Positions 54,670 to 63,758 of a stretch of 64,000 nucleotides of DNA are shown piece by piece. The notes under the pieces are model-generated. The model saw nothing but the letters and a program-made list of their open reading frames with translations, did not search any database and was not told the origin of the DNA. Position 1 is the stretch's first letter. Each line of letters begins with the position of its first letter. This stretch comes from Cyanobacteriota bacterium (GTDB lineage: Bacteria; Acidobacteriota; Vicinamibacteria; Vicinamibacterales; UBA2999). The DNA lies in NCBI GenBank assembly GCA_019752015.1, contig JAIEMQ010000006.1, forward strand, positions 421,118 to 485,117, in the 5' to 3' direction. A program made the translations under genes and the position numbers.

Positions 54670-55881
54670 GTGCTGTGGATTCTTGCAAGCGTCGCGATCG
54701 CGCTGCTCTGTTACGAAATCCCGACGCTGCTGTTCTCCGTCCTGCGGCCTCTCCTCGCCAACCCGAACGCCCTGCAGACCGATTTCCACTATTACTACGA
54801 AGCGGCGCAGCGTTTGTCGGCTGACCAGACCCAGCTCTATCGAGCCGGCGATGATGTGATCGCCGGCTTCACCTATCCTCCTCCCGCGATCGTACCGTTT
54901 GTGCTGTTGTCCCGGCTGCCGCTCGGCGTGGCGCTGCTGCTGATGACGATCGCGTCTTACGCAGCGCTGATCCTGGCCGTTCGGTTGTGGTGGTCATATC
55001 TCGGACGGCAGGGCATCACGCTGGACCGCCGCGCGCGAACCGCGATGCTGCTGATCGCGATCGCATCCGGACCGGCGTACATGAATGCGGTGTTCGGGCA
55101 AGTGAACGCCTTCGTCCTCTTGAGCGCGGTGATGTTCGTATCGCTCGCGCCACCGATCGCCGGCGTCGCGCTGGCGGCCGGAGCGTGGCTGAAGATCTAT
55201 CCGGTGTTCCTGGCCGCACTCGCCGGATGGGACGCGAAGGCATGGCGCGCGATCGCCTTCGCCGTTCTGGCAGCGGTCGTGATCCCAATCGTGCTGCTCT
55301 GGATTGTGCCGCCGGAGTCGTACGAATCGTTCGCGGCGATCTTGCGCGGGCGGGCCGGCGTCACCGCCATCCACATCACCAATCAGTCGCTGGTCGCGTT
55401 TCTGGAGCGCTCACGCTACGCGCCGGAGATGTTCCTCAACTGGACCGGTCAGCAAGCCGTCGCAGTGACGTCACCGGTGCGCGCGATCCAGGTGCTCGTC
55501 TCGGCGGCACTCGTCGTGAAGTTGTGGCTGGACAGCCGGAACGACCGCGCATTGTTTCCTGCAAGCGCCGCGTCAATGATGGCACTCGTCGCCGTGATTG
55601 CGCCGCTCGGCTGGGGCCACACGTATGTGATGGTGTTGCCGCTCGTGATGCTGCAATTGATGACGATGCAAAACGCATCGCCCCCAATCGCCGTCACGAT
55701 CTTCTTGTGCGTCGCGGCGTTGATGATTCCGGCGGGACGGCATCTGCCCATCGACAGCGCGCCGGCGTGGCTGCAGAATGTTGTGTATTCCCGCTATCTG
55801 TTGGCGACGCTGGTCTTAATCATCGTCTCAACCGTTCGAATTGGTCGGACGACCAAATCTACGATCATTGCTTCTGCTTGA
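54670..55881 (+). CDS. Polytopic membrane protein, DUF2029/GT87-like glycosyltransferase
   Basis: GTG start. The first loop reads DFHYYYEAAQRL...FTYPPPAIVPFVLL. There are ~10 TM segments. Confidence 0.55.
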   Translation: MLWILASVAIALLCYEIPTLLFSVLRPLLANPNALQTDFHYYYEAAQRLSADQTQLYRAGDDVIAGFTYPPPAIVPFVLLSRLPLGVALLLMTIASYAALILAVRLWWSYLGRQGITLDRRARTAMLLIAIASGPAYMNAVFGQVNAFVLLSAVMFVSLAPPIAGVALAAGAWLKIYPVFLAALAGWDAKAWRAIAFAVLAAVVIPIVLLWIVPPESYESFAAILRGRAGVTAIHITNQSLVAFLERSRYAPEMFLNWTGQQAVAVTSPVRAIQVLVSAALVVKLWLDSRNDRALFPASAASMMALVAVIAPLGWGHTYVMVLPLVMLQLMTMQNASPPIAVTIFLCVAALMIPAGRHLPIDSAPAWLQNVVYSRYLLATLVLIIVSTVRIGRTTKSTIIASA

Positions 55882-56040
55882 CTCTCACACTCGAGGGGCG
55901 TAGTAAATGGGGTACGGGAGGTGGAAATGCACGACCCACCGGACCAGACCCGCGCGTGACCGTGGAACCTAGGCCCGGGCACGCGCTTATACAGGATTCA
56001 GTAAAGTAGCAAGTCAGAATTCAAGCAAGTCGCAAGTGCA

Positions 56041-56069
56041 AGAACAAAAGTCCCGGATGCACCTGGGAC
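56041..56069 (-). terminator. Rho-independent terminator for the DUF4139 gene
   Basis: The minus strand reads GTCCCAGG-tgcat-CCGGGAC followed by TTTTGTTCT. Confidence 0.6.
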
Positions 56070-56085
56070 GCGCTTCACGCGCAAT

Positions 56086-56127
56086 GAAACGCCCGAAGCC
56101 AATTCCGGCCCGGGCGTTTCGCCTTTT
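56086..56127 (+). terminator. Perfect 10-bp hairpin with a short T tract (candidate terminator for the plus-strand GT genes)
   Basis: GAAACGCCCG (56086-56095) pairs with CGGGCGTTTC (56111-56120). GCCTTTT follows. Confidence 0.45.
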
Positions 56128-56128
56128 A

Positions 56129-56168
56129 GGTCTTGAGGACTTGAGGTCTTGAGGACTTGAGGTCTTAA
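56129..56168. repeat. (GGWCTTGA)x5 alternating octanucleotide array
   Basis: The array is ggtcttga ggacttga ggtcttga ggacttga ggtcttaa. The last unit contains the TAA stop (56165-56167) of the minus-strand DUF4139 gene. Confidence 0.95.
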
Positions 56169-57661
56169 TACGTGACTCGCACGCGGTACTTCAACACCGA
56201 CGTGGCATCCGCGGCGACCGGCACCTTGAATTGCGCGGCCCAGGCCGACGTCTTCGTCCACTGATGCGATGACGTGATCATCCGCCACGTGCCGCCCACA
56301 GGCTCGTTGACTTCCACGTTCACCGCGGTCGCCTTGTGATTGCGGAGCGTGATCTCATACTCGAACTCGTAGACGTTGGTCGCGATCTTCGTGAAGTCGG
56401 TCTGGTTGCGCTCGCAGATCACGTCGAACGCGTTGCCGATCTTGACGTTGAGCGTTTCATCCTTCGGCGTGTGATTGATGCGGTCCTCGCCGACGAATTG
56501 CACGCCGCCCTTCGAGTCCTGCTGATAGACGCGCAGCACGCCGGCCGGCATCGGCATGCCGAGACCCGACTTCTCGTCGTTCTTGAACTCGTAATAGACC
56601 TGCACCAGGTCCTTGATCGGGGAGCCCGGGTGCTGCACATTGCGGTAGTAATACTGCTGTCCTTCCACCACATAGCGCTTGATGGTCGGCACGTCGGTCC
56701 CCTCGAGCAGGCTGACCTGCTTCGTCTGCGCGTTGTTGATGGTGGTCTTCCGTCCCATCGTGTAGAGGTGATAGTCGGAGAACGCTTCCTGCGCCATTTT
56801 CTCTTCGCGCGCGACCGCCGGTGATGCGGCCGCCATGTCGGCCAGCCGGGTGAGCTGCTGGCGCACGCGATTCAGATCGCCGGCCACCAGCTGCAGCTTC
56901 GCGTTCTTGAACGCGGTGCCGCTGTTGTTGGTGAGCGTCACCCAGCCGTTGAGATCCGCCGTCTTGTCGTCGCGGCCCACCGTCAGCACGTAGTCGGCGT
57001 TCCACGCGAGGCTGCGCGCGAGATACGACGCTTCCACGCGATGCCGCGCGGCGCCGTCGTTCTGCGTCGTCCAGATCAGCGTCGGCCTGGAATAGAGCGT
57101 ATCGGGCAGCTCGGGGAAGCGGATGTGATCGGCGCCGAGGCCGGTCACGATCTCGTTGCCGATCTTCCAGACCGGGCCGTTGTTGTAGCTGAGGAGCAGC
57201 GCTTTCACTTCTTCCTGTCGCGTCGTGCCGTTGTCGTTGCGATTGCGCATCAGCGTCACTTCGCGGCCGACGTATTTGCGAAGCAGCTTGTCCGGGTCGA
57301 GCAAGTCGTACTCGTAGTTCTGCTCGAGGACGCTGACCTGCGACGGTTCGGTGAGCGATCGGAAGTGCACCGTCGCGGGATTGACGGTCGCCGCGATGTC
57401 CATGAACCGCAGGTTGCCGATGCCGCGCGCGAGCTGCAGGTTGCGGACGTCGCGGACCAGCGCGATGTCGGAGTTGTAGACGGTGATCGAGACTTCCGAC
57501 TGATCGTTGATCGTCGTCGTCAGGTCCTGATCGGATTGCGCCTCGTTGACGGGCGGTGTGGTCTCCGGTTCGGCGCCGGCGAACAACGACGCCGCATTGG
57601 AACCCGCGAGCGTAACGAGGCTGGCCACGACCGCGGACGTAAGCAAAGTGCGTAGCGACAT
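56165..57661 (-). CDS. DUF4139 domain protein (MuiA-like), secreted
   Basis: A signal peptide is present. The sequence reads ITVYNSDIALVRDVRNLQLARGIGNLRFMDIAATVNPATVHF...LEQNYEYDLL...WNADYVL...LNGWVTLTNNSG, a family recognised from memory. Confidence 0.75.
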   Translation of the reverse strand: MSLRTLLTSAVVASLVTLAGSNAASLFAGAEPETTPPVNEAQSDQDLTTTINDQSEVSITVYNSDIALVRDVRNLQLARGIGNLRFMDIAATVNPATVHFRSLTEPSQVSVLEQNYEYDLLDPDKLLRKYVGREVTLMRNRNDNGTTRQEEVKALLLSYNNGPVWKIGNEIVTGLGADHIRFPELPDTLYSRPTLIWTTQNDGAARHRVEASYLARSLAWNADYVLTVGRDDKTADLNGWVTLTNNSGTAFKNAKLQLVAGDLNRVRQQLTRLADMAAASPAVAREEKMAQEAFSDYHLYTMGRKTTINNAQTKQVSLLEGTDVPTIKRYVVEGQQYYYRNVQHPGSPIKDLVQVYYEFKNDEKSGLGMPMPAGVLRVYQQDSKGGVQFVGEDRINHTPKDETLNVKIGNAFDVICERNQTDFTKIATNVYEFEYEITLRNHKATAVNVEVNEPVGGTWRMITSSHQWTKTSAWAAQFKVPVAADATSVLKYRVRVTY

Positions 57662-57674
57662 CTGAAACCACTCC

Positions 57675-57699
57675 TTGAAAACGGGCCGGTGATCGGCCC
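57675..57699 (-). terminator. Hairpin plus T-rich tract after the anti-sigma gene
   Basis: The minus strand reads GGGCCG-atcac-CGGCCC followed by GTTTTCA. Confidence 0.5.
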
Positions 57700-57751
57700 T
57701 TTCACTTGGAACGGAGTGGCGCGGATTTCTTGCAGCAGCGGGATTTCGGGC

Positions 57752-58843
57752 CTAGTAGGGCACCCAGGTGCTTCCGGCATCGCTGGTGCGGAAGCGGCGG
57801 CCGGAGACGGTAAACACCACCGCGTTTCGCGCGTCGGTAGCGGCAATACTCGCGAGATCGAGCGGTTCGGCGAGGCCAATGTCGATGAACGTGGCCCCGG
57901 CATCGGTCGTCAACAACACACGGCCTTCGCGTCCGGCGAACCACGCCACCGCACGTGAGGGCGCGGCTCCGGCCACGATTCCGTCAGCCGCATTCTGCCG
58001 TTTGACCGCCCACGTCTTACCGCCATCGTCGGAGCGCTCGATGCGATCGCCGACGATGCGCCAACCGAGCGAGGGGTCGAGCGTGTTCACTTCGATGATG
58101 GCGTTCGCCGCAGCGCGTTTTTGCAGCGCGCCTATCTCTGCCGGCGCACGGGAGGACGATTCCAGTCTCGCACCGGCTGCAGACGGTGAAGCAGGCGGTG
58201 ACGGAGGTGCCGGTGTCGCAGGTACTGCTGCGGCATCCGCAAGCGCCGAGCGTTCCTCCGCCAGACGCTGCGGTGTCTCTTTTTTCGCTTCGCTCTCGCG
58301 GATGGCTTGCTGCCGCGCATCGCGGGCGGCGGCAGCGAGCTCGTCGCGCCGGGCGAATTGTTCGGGTGCTGCCGCAGGCGGCGGGGGAGTGGCGGTGACC
58401 GCGACTGTTGACTCAGGCCGCGCGGGCTCTTTCGCGGTTCGTTCGAGCGTCGTTTGTCCTTGGTCGGGCACCACCATCCACAACGTCACGGCCGTGACTC
58501 CGGCAGCGAGCGGCGCGAGCCACCACTTCCATAGCGAGAAGGTGCCTTGGGTGCCTGGGGTGCCTACGGTGCCTGGCGTGCTTGCGGTGCCTGGGGTGCT
58601 TGCGGTGCCTGGCGTGCTTGCGGTGCTTTCGTTCCCGCGAGCCAGTGCGGCAACCAGCGCCTGACATCTCGAGCAGTTCGAGAGGTGGTCTTCGCAGGCC
58701 GCGGCAGCGGTCGCGTCGAGCTCGTCATCCGCCCAGGCGCCGAGCGTCTCGGCATCGATACATGCCCCCGCCGGCGGAGTGCCGGCGGCGCGCAGCTCAT
58801 GCTTCAGCGCCTGTTCCAGGATGTGATCGCGATCGCGGCTCAC
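57752..58843 (-). CDS. Anti-sigma factor (zf-HC2) with TM segment and C-terminal BNR/Ycf48-like repeats
   Basis: The GTG overlaps the sigma gene stop (GTGA at 58840-58843). The zinc-finger motif is HLSNCSRCQ. The TM segment is WWLAPLAAGVTAVTLWMVV. SxDxGxTW-type units are SDDGGKTW, TTDAGATF and TSDAGSTW. Confidence 0.85.
   Translation of the reverse strand: MSRDRDHILEQALKHELRAAGTPPAGACIDAETLGAWADDELDATAAAACEDHLSNCSRCQALVAALARGNESTASTPGTASTPGTASTPGTVGTPGTQGTFSLWKWWLAPLAAGVTAVTLWMVVPDQGQTTLERTAKEPARPESTVAVTATPPPPAAAPEQFARRDELAAAARDARQQAIRESEAKKETPQRLAEERSALADAAAVPATPAPPSPPASPSAAGARLESSSRAPAEIGALQKRAAANAIIEVNTLDPSLGWRIVGDRIERSDDGGKTWAVKRQNAADGIVAGAAPSRAVAWFAGREGRVLLTTDAGATFIDIGLAEPLDLASIAATDARNAVVFTVSGRRFRTSDAGSTWVPY
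58541..58626 (-). repeat. In-frame GGTGCC-based 9/18-nt tandem repeats encoding (TASTPG)n
   Basis: Three 18-nt units lie at 58568-58621 (ggtgcctggSgtgcttgc). Three 9-nt units lie at 58541-58567. The protein reads STASTPGTASTPGTASTPGTVGTPGTQGT. Confidence 0.9.
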
Positions 58844-59724
58844 GAGAGTTCCCTGCTTAGTGAACGATCGAGTCCGGGTTTCTTGCGATCCGTGTCCAGC
58901 CATTCGCCAAGGTCGAGATTGCCGGCGTCGTCGACGATCGACGCAAAGCACTCGTCGATCTCGGCCTTGGCGAATCCCTTGTCATCGCGGAGCCGTTTCT
59001 CGACGTCTTCGCGGATTGCCTTGCGCGTCCTGGCGAGATGCCGCGACACGGTCGCCTCGTGCTCGCGTGTCAGCGTGCCGATCTGCGCGAGCGTCATGTC
59101 CTGCGCATAGTAGCAGGCCAGGCGCAGCCGATCGCGCGGCTCGAGCGCGGCAATCGCCGCCGCCAGCACCGCGCGCATCGCCGCGACGAATCGCGCACGG
59201 TCCGGATCGATCGACGGTTGTGTCGCGCGCAACGGCGCCGCCGACCGCTCGTCAGGCAGGGGATCGAACCGCCGCGTCTCGCGATGACGATCGATGAATC
59301 GCTGCGCGACGAGCGATCGCAGCCAGGTCCCGAGGCTGCTCCGTCCGTGGAAATAGCGGAACACCGACTGGCGGATGCCGTCTTTTTCCTTGAGGCCGAA
59401 CAGCTCCGCATACAGGGCCTCGGCGATCTCGCGCGCGCCGCCGGCGGGATCCATGGCATCAGCGGCGCGATACATGCCGGCGCGGAATTCCCTGACAAAG
59501 TGATCCCACGCGTCCTCGCGGCCCATCGCGCACGCGCACGCCAGCGCCAGGTCGCTCAAATGCAGCGAGCCGTAGTAACGATCGAGATCGCTCTCGGACG
59601 GCGTGCGCCCGGCAAAGGCCTTCTCCGCGCTCCGCTCGAGCGCATTTGAAAACACCTCCGGCGGAACTTTCCAGCGATCGGCCTGCGCTCGCTCACGCAG
59701 CCGATCGAGCCTGTCCCGATTCAT
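58840..59724 (-). CDS. ECF-type sigma-70 family RNA polymerase sigma factor with an extended N-terminus
   Basis: Region 4 reads LEPRDRLRLACYYAQDMTLAQIGTLTREHEATVSRHLARTRKAIRE. Region 2-like sequence is LYAELFG...FRYFHGRSSLGTWLRSLVAQRFIDRHR. Confidence 0.85.
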   Translation of the reverse strand: MNRDRLDRLRERAQADRWKVPPEVFSNALERSAEKAFAGRTPSESDLDRYYGSLHLSDLALACACAMGREDAWDHFVREFRAGMYRAADAMDPAGGAREIAEALYAELFGLKEKDGIRQSVFRYFHGRSSLGTWLRSLVAQRFIDRHRETRRFDPLPDERSAAPLRATQPSIDPDRARFVAAMRAVLAAAIAALEPRDRLRLACYYAQDMTLAQIGTLTREHEATVSRHLARTRKAIREDVEKRLRDDKGFAKAEIDECFASIVDDAGNLDLGEWLDTDRKKPGLDRSLSRELS

Positions 59725-59775
59725 TCGACTCTTATTGTGACGCTATTGACGGCTGGAAAGACGAGGCAGGCTGCC

Positions 59776-59820
59776 GGAAAGACAAGGGCGGGAACGACTC
59801 GAATCGGGCCGTCCCCGCCC
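59776..59820 (-). terminator. Rho-independent terminator after the TonB-dependent receptor gene
   Basis: The minus strand reads GGGCGGGGAC-15 nt-GTTCCCGCCC (10 bp with one G-U pair) followed by TTGTCTTTCC. Confidence 0.6.
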
Positions 59821-59835
59821 CGTGAGATCCGCGCG

Positions 59836-62800
59836 TTAGAACTCGTACCTGAGCGCGAACTGCATGCAGCGTCCCGCCTGCGCGTCGCAGGTGGCGAGCG
59901 TGCCGTTGTAGCGGCCGAAGCCGGCCAGATCGGGCGTGTTGGTCAACTGCGCGACGTCGAACTTGGCCGCGTTGGTGGCGTTGAACACGTCCCATCGGAA
60001 ACGCAACCGGTGGTCGGCAATGCCGAGCCTGAACGCCTTGCTCAGGCTGACGTCGATGTTGAAGTAGCCGTCGCCGCGGAAGATGTTGCGCAGCCCCTGT
60101 TCTCCCGGCAGCGCCCGCCGGAAGAACGTGATCGCTTCGGCGGCGTTTGCGAATGGGCTCGGCCGCCCGTCGACCGCGTTCTCGACGGTCTTCGTCTCCG
60201 GCAACCGATTCGGATCGACCAGCATCGCGTTGCCCTGCAGGTTCCAGTTCGTCGCCCAGCACGAGCGGCAGTTGGCGACGTTGAACGGGAAGCCGCTGGT
60301 CCATCGCAGCAGGCCGGCGAACGACCAGTTGCCGATGACCTGATTGACCGCGTTGCCGACGCCGCCGCCGAACCGCCTGCCCTGGCCGAACGGCAGCTCC
60401 GCGAGCCAGTTGGTGTTGATCTGGTGGCGCACGTCGAAGTCGGACGTGCCGTAGTTCAACTCCGGATTGAACGAGTTGACCAGGAAGCCGGTGCTGCCGC
60501 CGTTGCTGAAGTTGCCGAAGCCGCTGCCGCGCTCGACCTGCGAGCCCATGTCCAGCGACTTCGACAGCGTGTAGTTGACGTCGAATTGCAGGCCGTCCGC
60601 GAACCGGCGTCGCAGCGTCACGTTCAAGCCGTTGTAGTTCGATCGGCCGATCGAGCTGATGGCGGCGAGCGAGTCGTACTGGTCGGCGAAGTACGCATAC
60701 GGACCGAACTTGCTGCACGCCGGCGAGCACGCCGTGTCCATGTCATAGAGCGCGGTGATCCAGTCGGGGCCGTTCTGCATGTAGGCACGCGTGATCGCCT
60801 GCGTTGCGGTCAGGCCGCCGCCCGCGGCGCCAGGAAAGATGTTTTCCCAGTACGCCACCGCCGGCAGCCCCGCGTATGCGCCCGCCGGCGAGTTGCCAGT
60901 GATGCCCGCGGCCTGCGCCGCGCGGATGATCGCCTGCGCGGCGGTGAAGTAGTCGGTGCGCGACGCCGGATCGACCAGATTGAGCGGCATGGCGAGGTCG
61001 CGCCGCACCAGCATGTCGCGGCCGAAGCGGCCGATGTAGCCGGCCTCGATCGTGAAGTTGCGGCTGATGTCGTAGCCGATGATCGCGCTCGCCATGTGCG
61101 CTGACGGCGTCACCAGCGTGTCGTCAATGCTCTGCGTGATGATGCCGGCGCGCGACGGCGGCGTCTGCGGGAACCCGCCGGCCGGTGCCGCCGGAATCGT
61201 CGGCGGCATCGTCGTCAGGTTGGTGAAGCGAACGGCCGGGTTGGTTTCATAGGCGAGGCCAAACGGGCTGCTGATCTGCGTCGACATGCCGAACGCGAAG
61301 CCTTCGTCGAAGTTGGTCGCGAGGCCGACGCCAACGCGATCGAACACCTTCGAGTAGCCGCCGCGCAGGACCAGGCGCTCGGTCGGTGTCCAGGCCATCG
61401 CGAAGCGGGGCGCGATGTTGTTCTTGTCCCATGCGTAGAAACCCGGCTTGTTGTTCTTCGGGCCGGCCAGATCGAACGTGACCTGCGGGCTCGCGCTCGA
61501 TGGAATGCCCGCGGCGGCATTCGCCGCGCGCTGATCGAACCACGCCCCCATGCTGACCGTGGGCGCCACCTGGAAGCCGTTCACCTCGTACGGCGGCGAA
61601 TAGAGGCTGTAGCGGACGCCCGCGGTCACGGTGAGATTCGGCCGCACCTGCCAGGCGTCCTGGATGTACCACTCGTACTCGTCCGACGCGATCGTCCGCG
61701 ACACCGCGGTGCCGTTCGCCTGCGGCGTGCCATCGAGGTTGTAGTTGGCGCGCTGCGTGGACTGCGACAGGACGCCAAGGATATTCAGCCACGCGTCGGC
61801 GTAGCCGGCCTGGAACGCGGTGGCCACCGCCGGCAGACTGCAGCCGGGGACGGTGCAGAACGCGCTGCCCGGCATGTTGCGGCGCCCGATGCCGGCGACC
61901 CATGACGGGTTGACGGTCGCGCTGAGATACGACGACTGAAAGCGGTTCTTCGGCACCCGCGTGAAGCGGATGTTGGTGCCGGCCTTCAGGGTGTGGCGGC
62001 CCTTGAACCACGACAGGTCGTTGACCAGATTGTGCGTCGGCGTCTGACGCGTGTCGGTGAACGTGGTGCCGCCATCACCCTTGCCGTCAAACGGCGTGAT
62101 GAAGCGGAACGTCACGTAGTTGCTGTCGGTGACGCCGGCGTTGTTCTCGTCGATCTTCGTAAAGCCGTAGCGGAAGCTGTTGGTCAGCGTCTTCGACAGC
62201 ACCGCGTCGTAGCCGAGCGCCCCGCCCCAGTTGTTGAACAGGCGTTGCCGCCGCGGCGGCGTGCCGGGGAACGTCACCGAGTTGTTGATGGTGTCGTCCT
62301 GTTTGCCGACGCGCGCGAACAGGCTGTGGTTGTCGGCGGCCTTGTAATCGATGCGGCTGACGACGTTGAAGAAGTCGTTCGCGATCGGCGCCGCGAAGCG
62401 ATAGTCCATCAGGTTGCGGTTGTCGCGTCCGGGATCGTTCGGCGCCGGATACTTGTTGAAGTACTCGAGCGCGGCTCGGCTCGGCCCGATGCCGAGCGGA
62501 TCGATCGCCGCGATTTCCGCCGGCGTCATGCCGTACCAGCCGGCCGGCACGGAGTTGGTGTTGGCGATGCCGCGTACGGTGCCGCCCGGACACAACGCCG
62601 CCGACGCGCACTGGTAGATCAGCACGCCGTCGCGGAACGAATTCGACGGGACGTTGCGGACGACCGGCGCTTCACTCTGCTCCTTCAACTGCTCGAGGTT
62701 GCCGAAGAAGAAGATCTTGTTGCGGCGAATCGGTCCGCCGAAGGAGCCGCCGTAGATGTCCTTATTCAGCTTTGGCGCCTTGCTCTCCTGGCCCGCGGCC

Positions 62801-63663
62801 TTCTGCGCCAGCTCGAGGAAGTATTCGTTGGTAGACGTCGCGGTGCGTCGGAACGTCCAATACCCGGAGCCGTCGAACTGGTTGGTGCCGCTGCGCGTCA
62901 CGAGCGAGACCTGCGGGCCGCTCGAGCGTCCCATCTCCGCGTTGTAATTCGACGTGCTGACGCGGAATTCCTGCAGCGCTTCCTGCGTCATGCGGATCGC
63001 GGACGTATACGCGGTCGCCATCTGCGGATCGTTGACGTCGATGCCGTCGAGGGTGACGCTCTGCTGGTCGGCGCGCGCGCCCGCCACCGCGCCGTAGCGC
63101 GGATCGACCGTGGCGGGATTGCTCGTCGGGATGAAGATCGCGCCCGGCTGCAGGCTGAGCAGGTGGACGACATTCTGCGCTTCCACCGGCAGGCTGCGAA
63201 TCTGCTCGCGCGACATCACGTTGCCGACGCTCGCATCGGTCGTATTCAAATGCGTCGTCTCCGACACGACGCTGACCACCTCGGCGATGCCACCGACTTC
63301 CAGCACGACGGTTTCGCGCGCCACCGTGTCGACCTGCAGGTTGACTCGTTCGACCTGCGCAGTCTTGAAACCGGCGAGCTCGACCTTCAGGGTATAGACG
63401 CCCGGTTGCACGTTGCTCAAGCGGAAGGTGCCGCGCTCATCGGTGGTCGTCACTTGCGACGCGCCGGTGGCGACGTGCGTCGCTGTCACGGTCGCGCCAG
63501 GAATGACCTGTTTCTGCGCATCCGTGACTTCGCCGACCAGCGCGGCCGTTCCGGTCTGGGCATTTGCGGCGCGCGCCGCGATCAATGGAAGCAAGAACAC
63601 ACAAACGGCCAGCGTCCACACGTGCAGCCGGCACTTGCGAGGGTTTCTCACGGCATCCTCCAA
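59836..63663 (-). CDS. TonB-dependent outer-membrane receptor with an N-terminal carboxypeptidase-regulatory-like domain
   Basis: A signal peptide is present. The CarboxypepD_reg-like part reads GEVTDAQKQVIPGATVTATHVATGASQVTTTDERGTFRLSNVQPGVYTLKVELAGF. The protein is 1275 aa with a beta-barrel and ends ...FALRYEF. Confidence 0.9.
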   Translation of the reverse strand: MEDAVRNPRKCRLHVWTLAVCVFLLPLIAARAANAQTGTAALVGEVTDAQKQVIPGATVTATHVATGASQVTTTDERGTFRLSNVQPGVYTLKVELAGFKTAQVERVNLQVDTVARETVVLEVGGIAEVVSVVSETTHLNTTDASVGNVMSREQIRSLPVEAQNVVHLLSLQPGAIFIPTSNPATVDPRYGAVAGARADQQSVTLDGIDVNDPQMATAYTSAIRMTQEALQEFRVSTSNYNAEMGRSSGPQVSLVTRSGTNQFDGSGYWTFRRTATSTNEYFLELAQKAAGQESKAPKLNKDIYGGSFGGPIRRNKIFFFGNLEQLKEQSEAPVVRNVPSNSFRDGVLIYQCASAALCPGGTVRGIANTNSVPAGWYGMTPAEIAAIDPLGIGPSRAALEYFNKYPAPNDPGRDNRNLMDYRFAAPIANDFFNVVSRIDYKAADNHSLFARVGKQDDTINNSVTFPGTPPRRQRLFNNWGGALGYDAVLSKTLTNSFRYGFTKIDENNAGVTDSNYVTFRFITPFDGKGDGGTTFTDTRQTPTHNLVNDLSWFKGRHTLKAGTNIRFTRVPKNRFQSSYLSATVNPSWVAGIGRRNMPGSAFCTVPGCSLPAVATAFQAGYADAWLNILGVLSQSTQRANYNLDGTPQANGTAVSRTIASDEYEWYIQDAWQVRPNLTVTAGVRYSLYSPPYEVNGFQVAPTVSMGAWFDQRAANAAAGIPSSASPQVTFDLAGPKNNKPGFYAWDKNNIAPRFAMAWTPTERLVLRGGYSKVFDRVGVGLATNFDEGFAFGMSTQISSPFGLAYETNPAVRFTNLTTMPPTIPAAPAGGFPQTPPSRAGIITQSIDDTLVTPSAHMASAIIGYDISRNFTIEAGYIGRFGRDMLVRRDLAMPLNLVDPASRTDYFTAAQAIIRAAQAAGITGNSPAGAYAGLPAVAYWENIFPGAAGGGLTATQAITRAYMQNGPDWITALYDMDTACSPACSKFGPYAYFADQYDSLAAISSIGRSNYNGLNVTLRRRFADGLQFDVNYTLSKSLDMGSQVERGSGFGNFSNGGSTGFLVNSFNPELNYGTSDFDVRHQINTNWLAELPFGQGRRFGGGVGNAVNQVIGNWSFAGLLRWTSGFPFNVANCRSCWATNWNLQGNAMLVDPNRLPETKTVENAVDGRPSPFANAAEAITFFRRALPGEQGLRNIFRGDGYFNIDVSLSKAFRLGIADHRLRFRWDVFNATNAAKFDVAQLTNTPDLAGFGRYNGTLATCDAQAGRCMQFALRYEF

Positions 63664-63758
63664 GAAGGGTCAACCGGGCAGTTGGTCCCTGCCCAACAGC
63701 GTTTCCGAACGATTAGTCACGTCGCGGTGCGGGCCTTAAAATGGCCTTGTCTTTTGCC

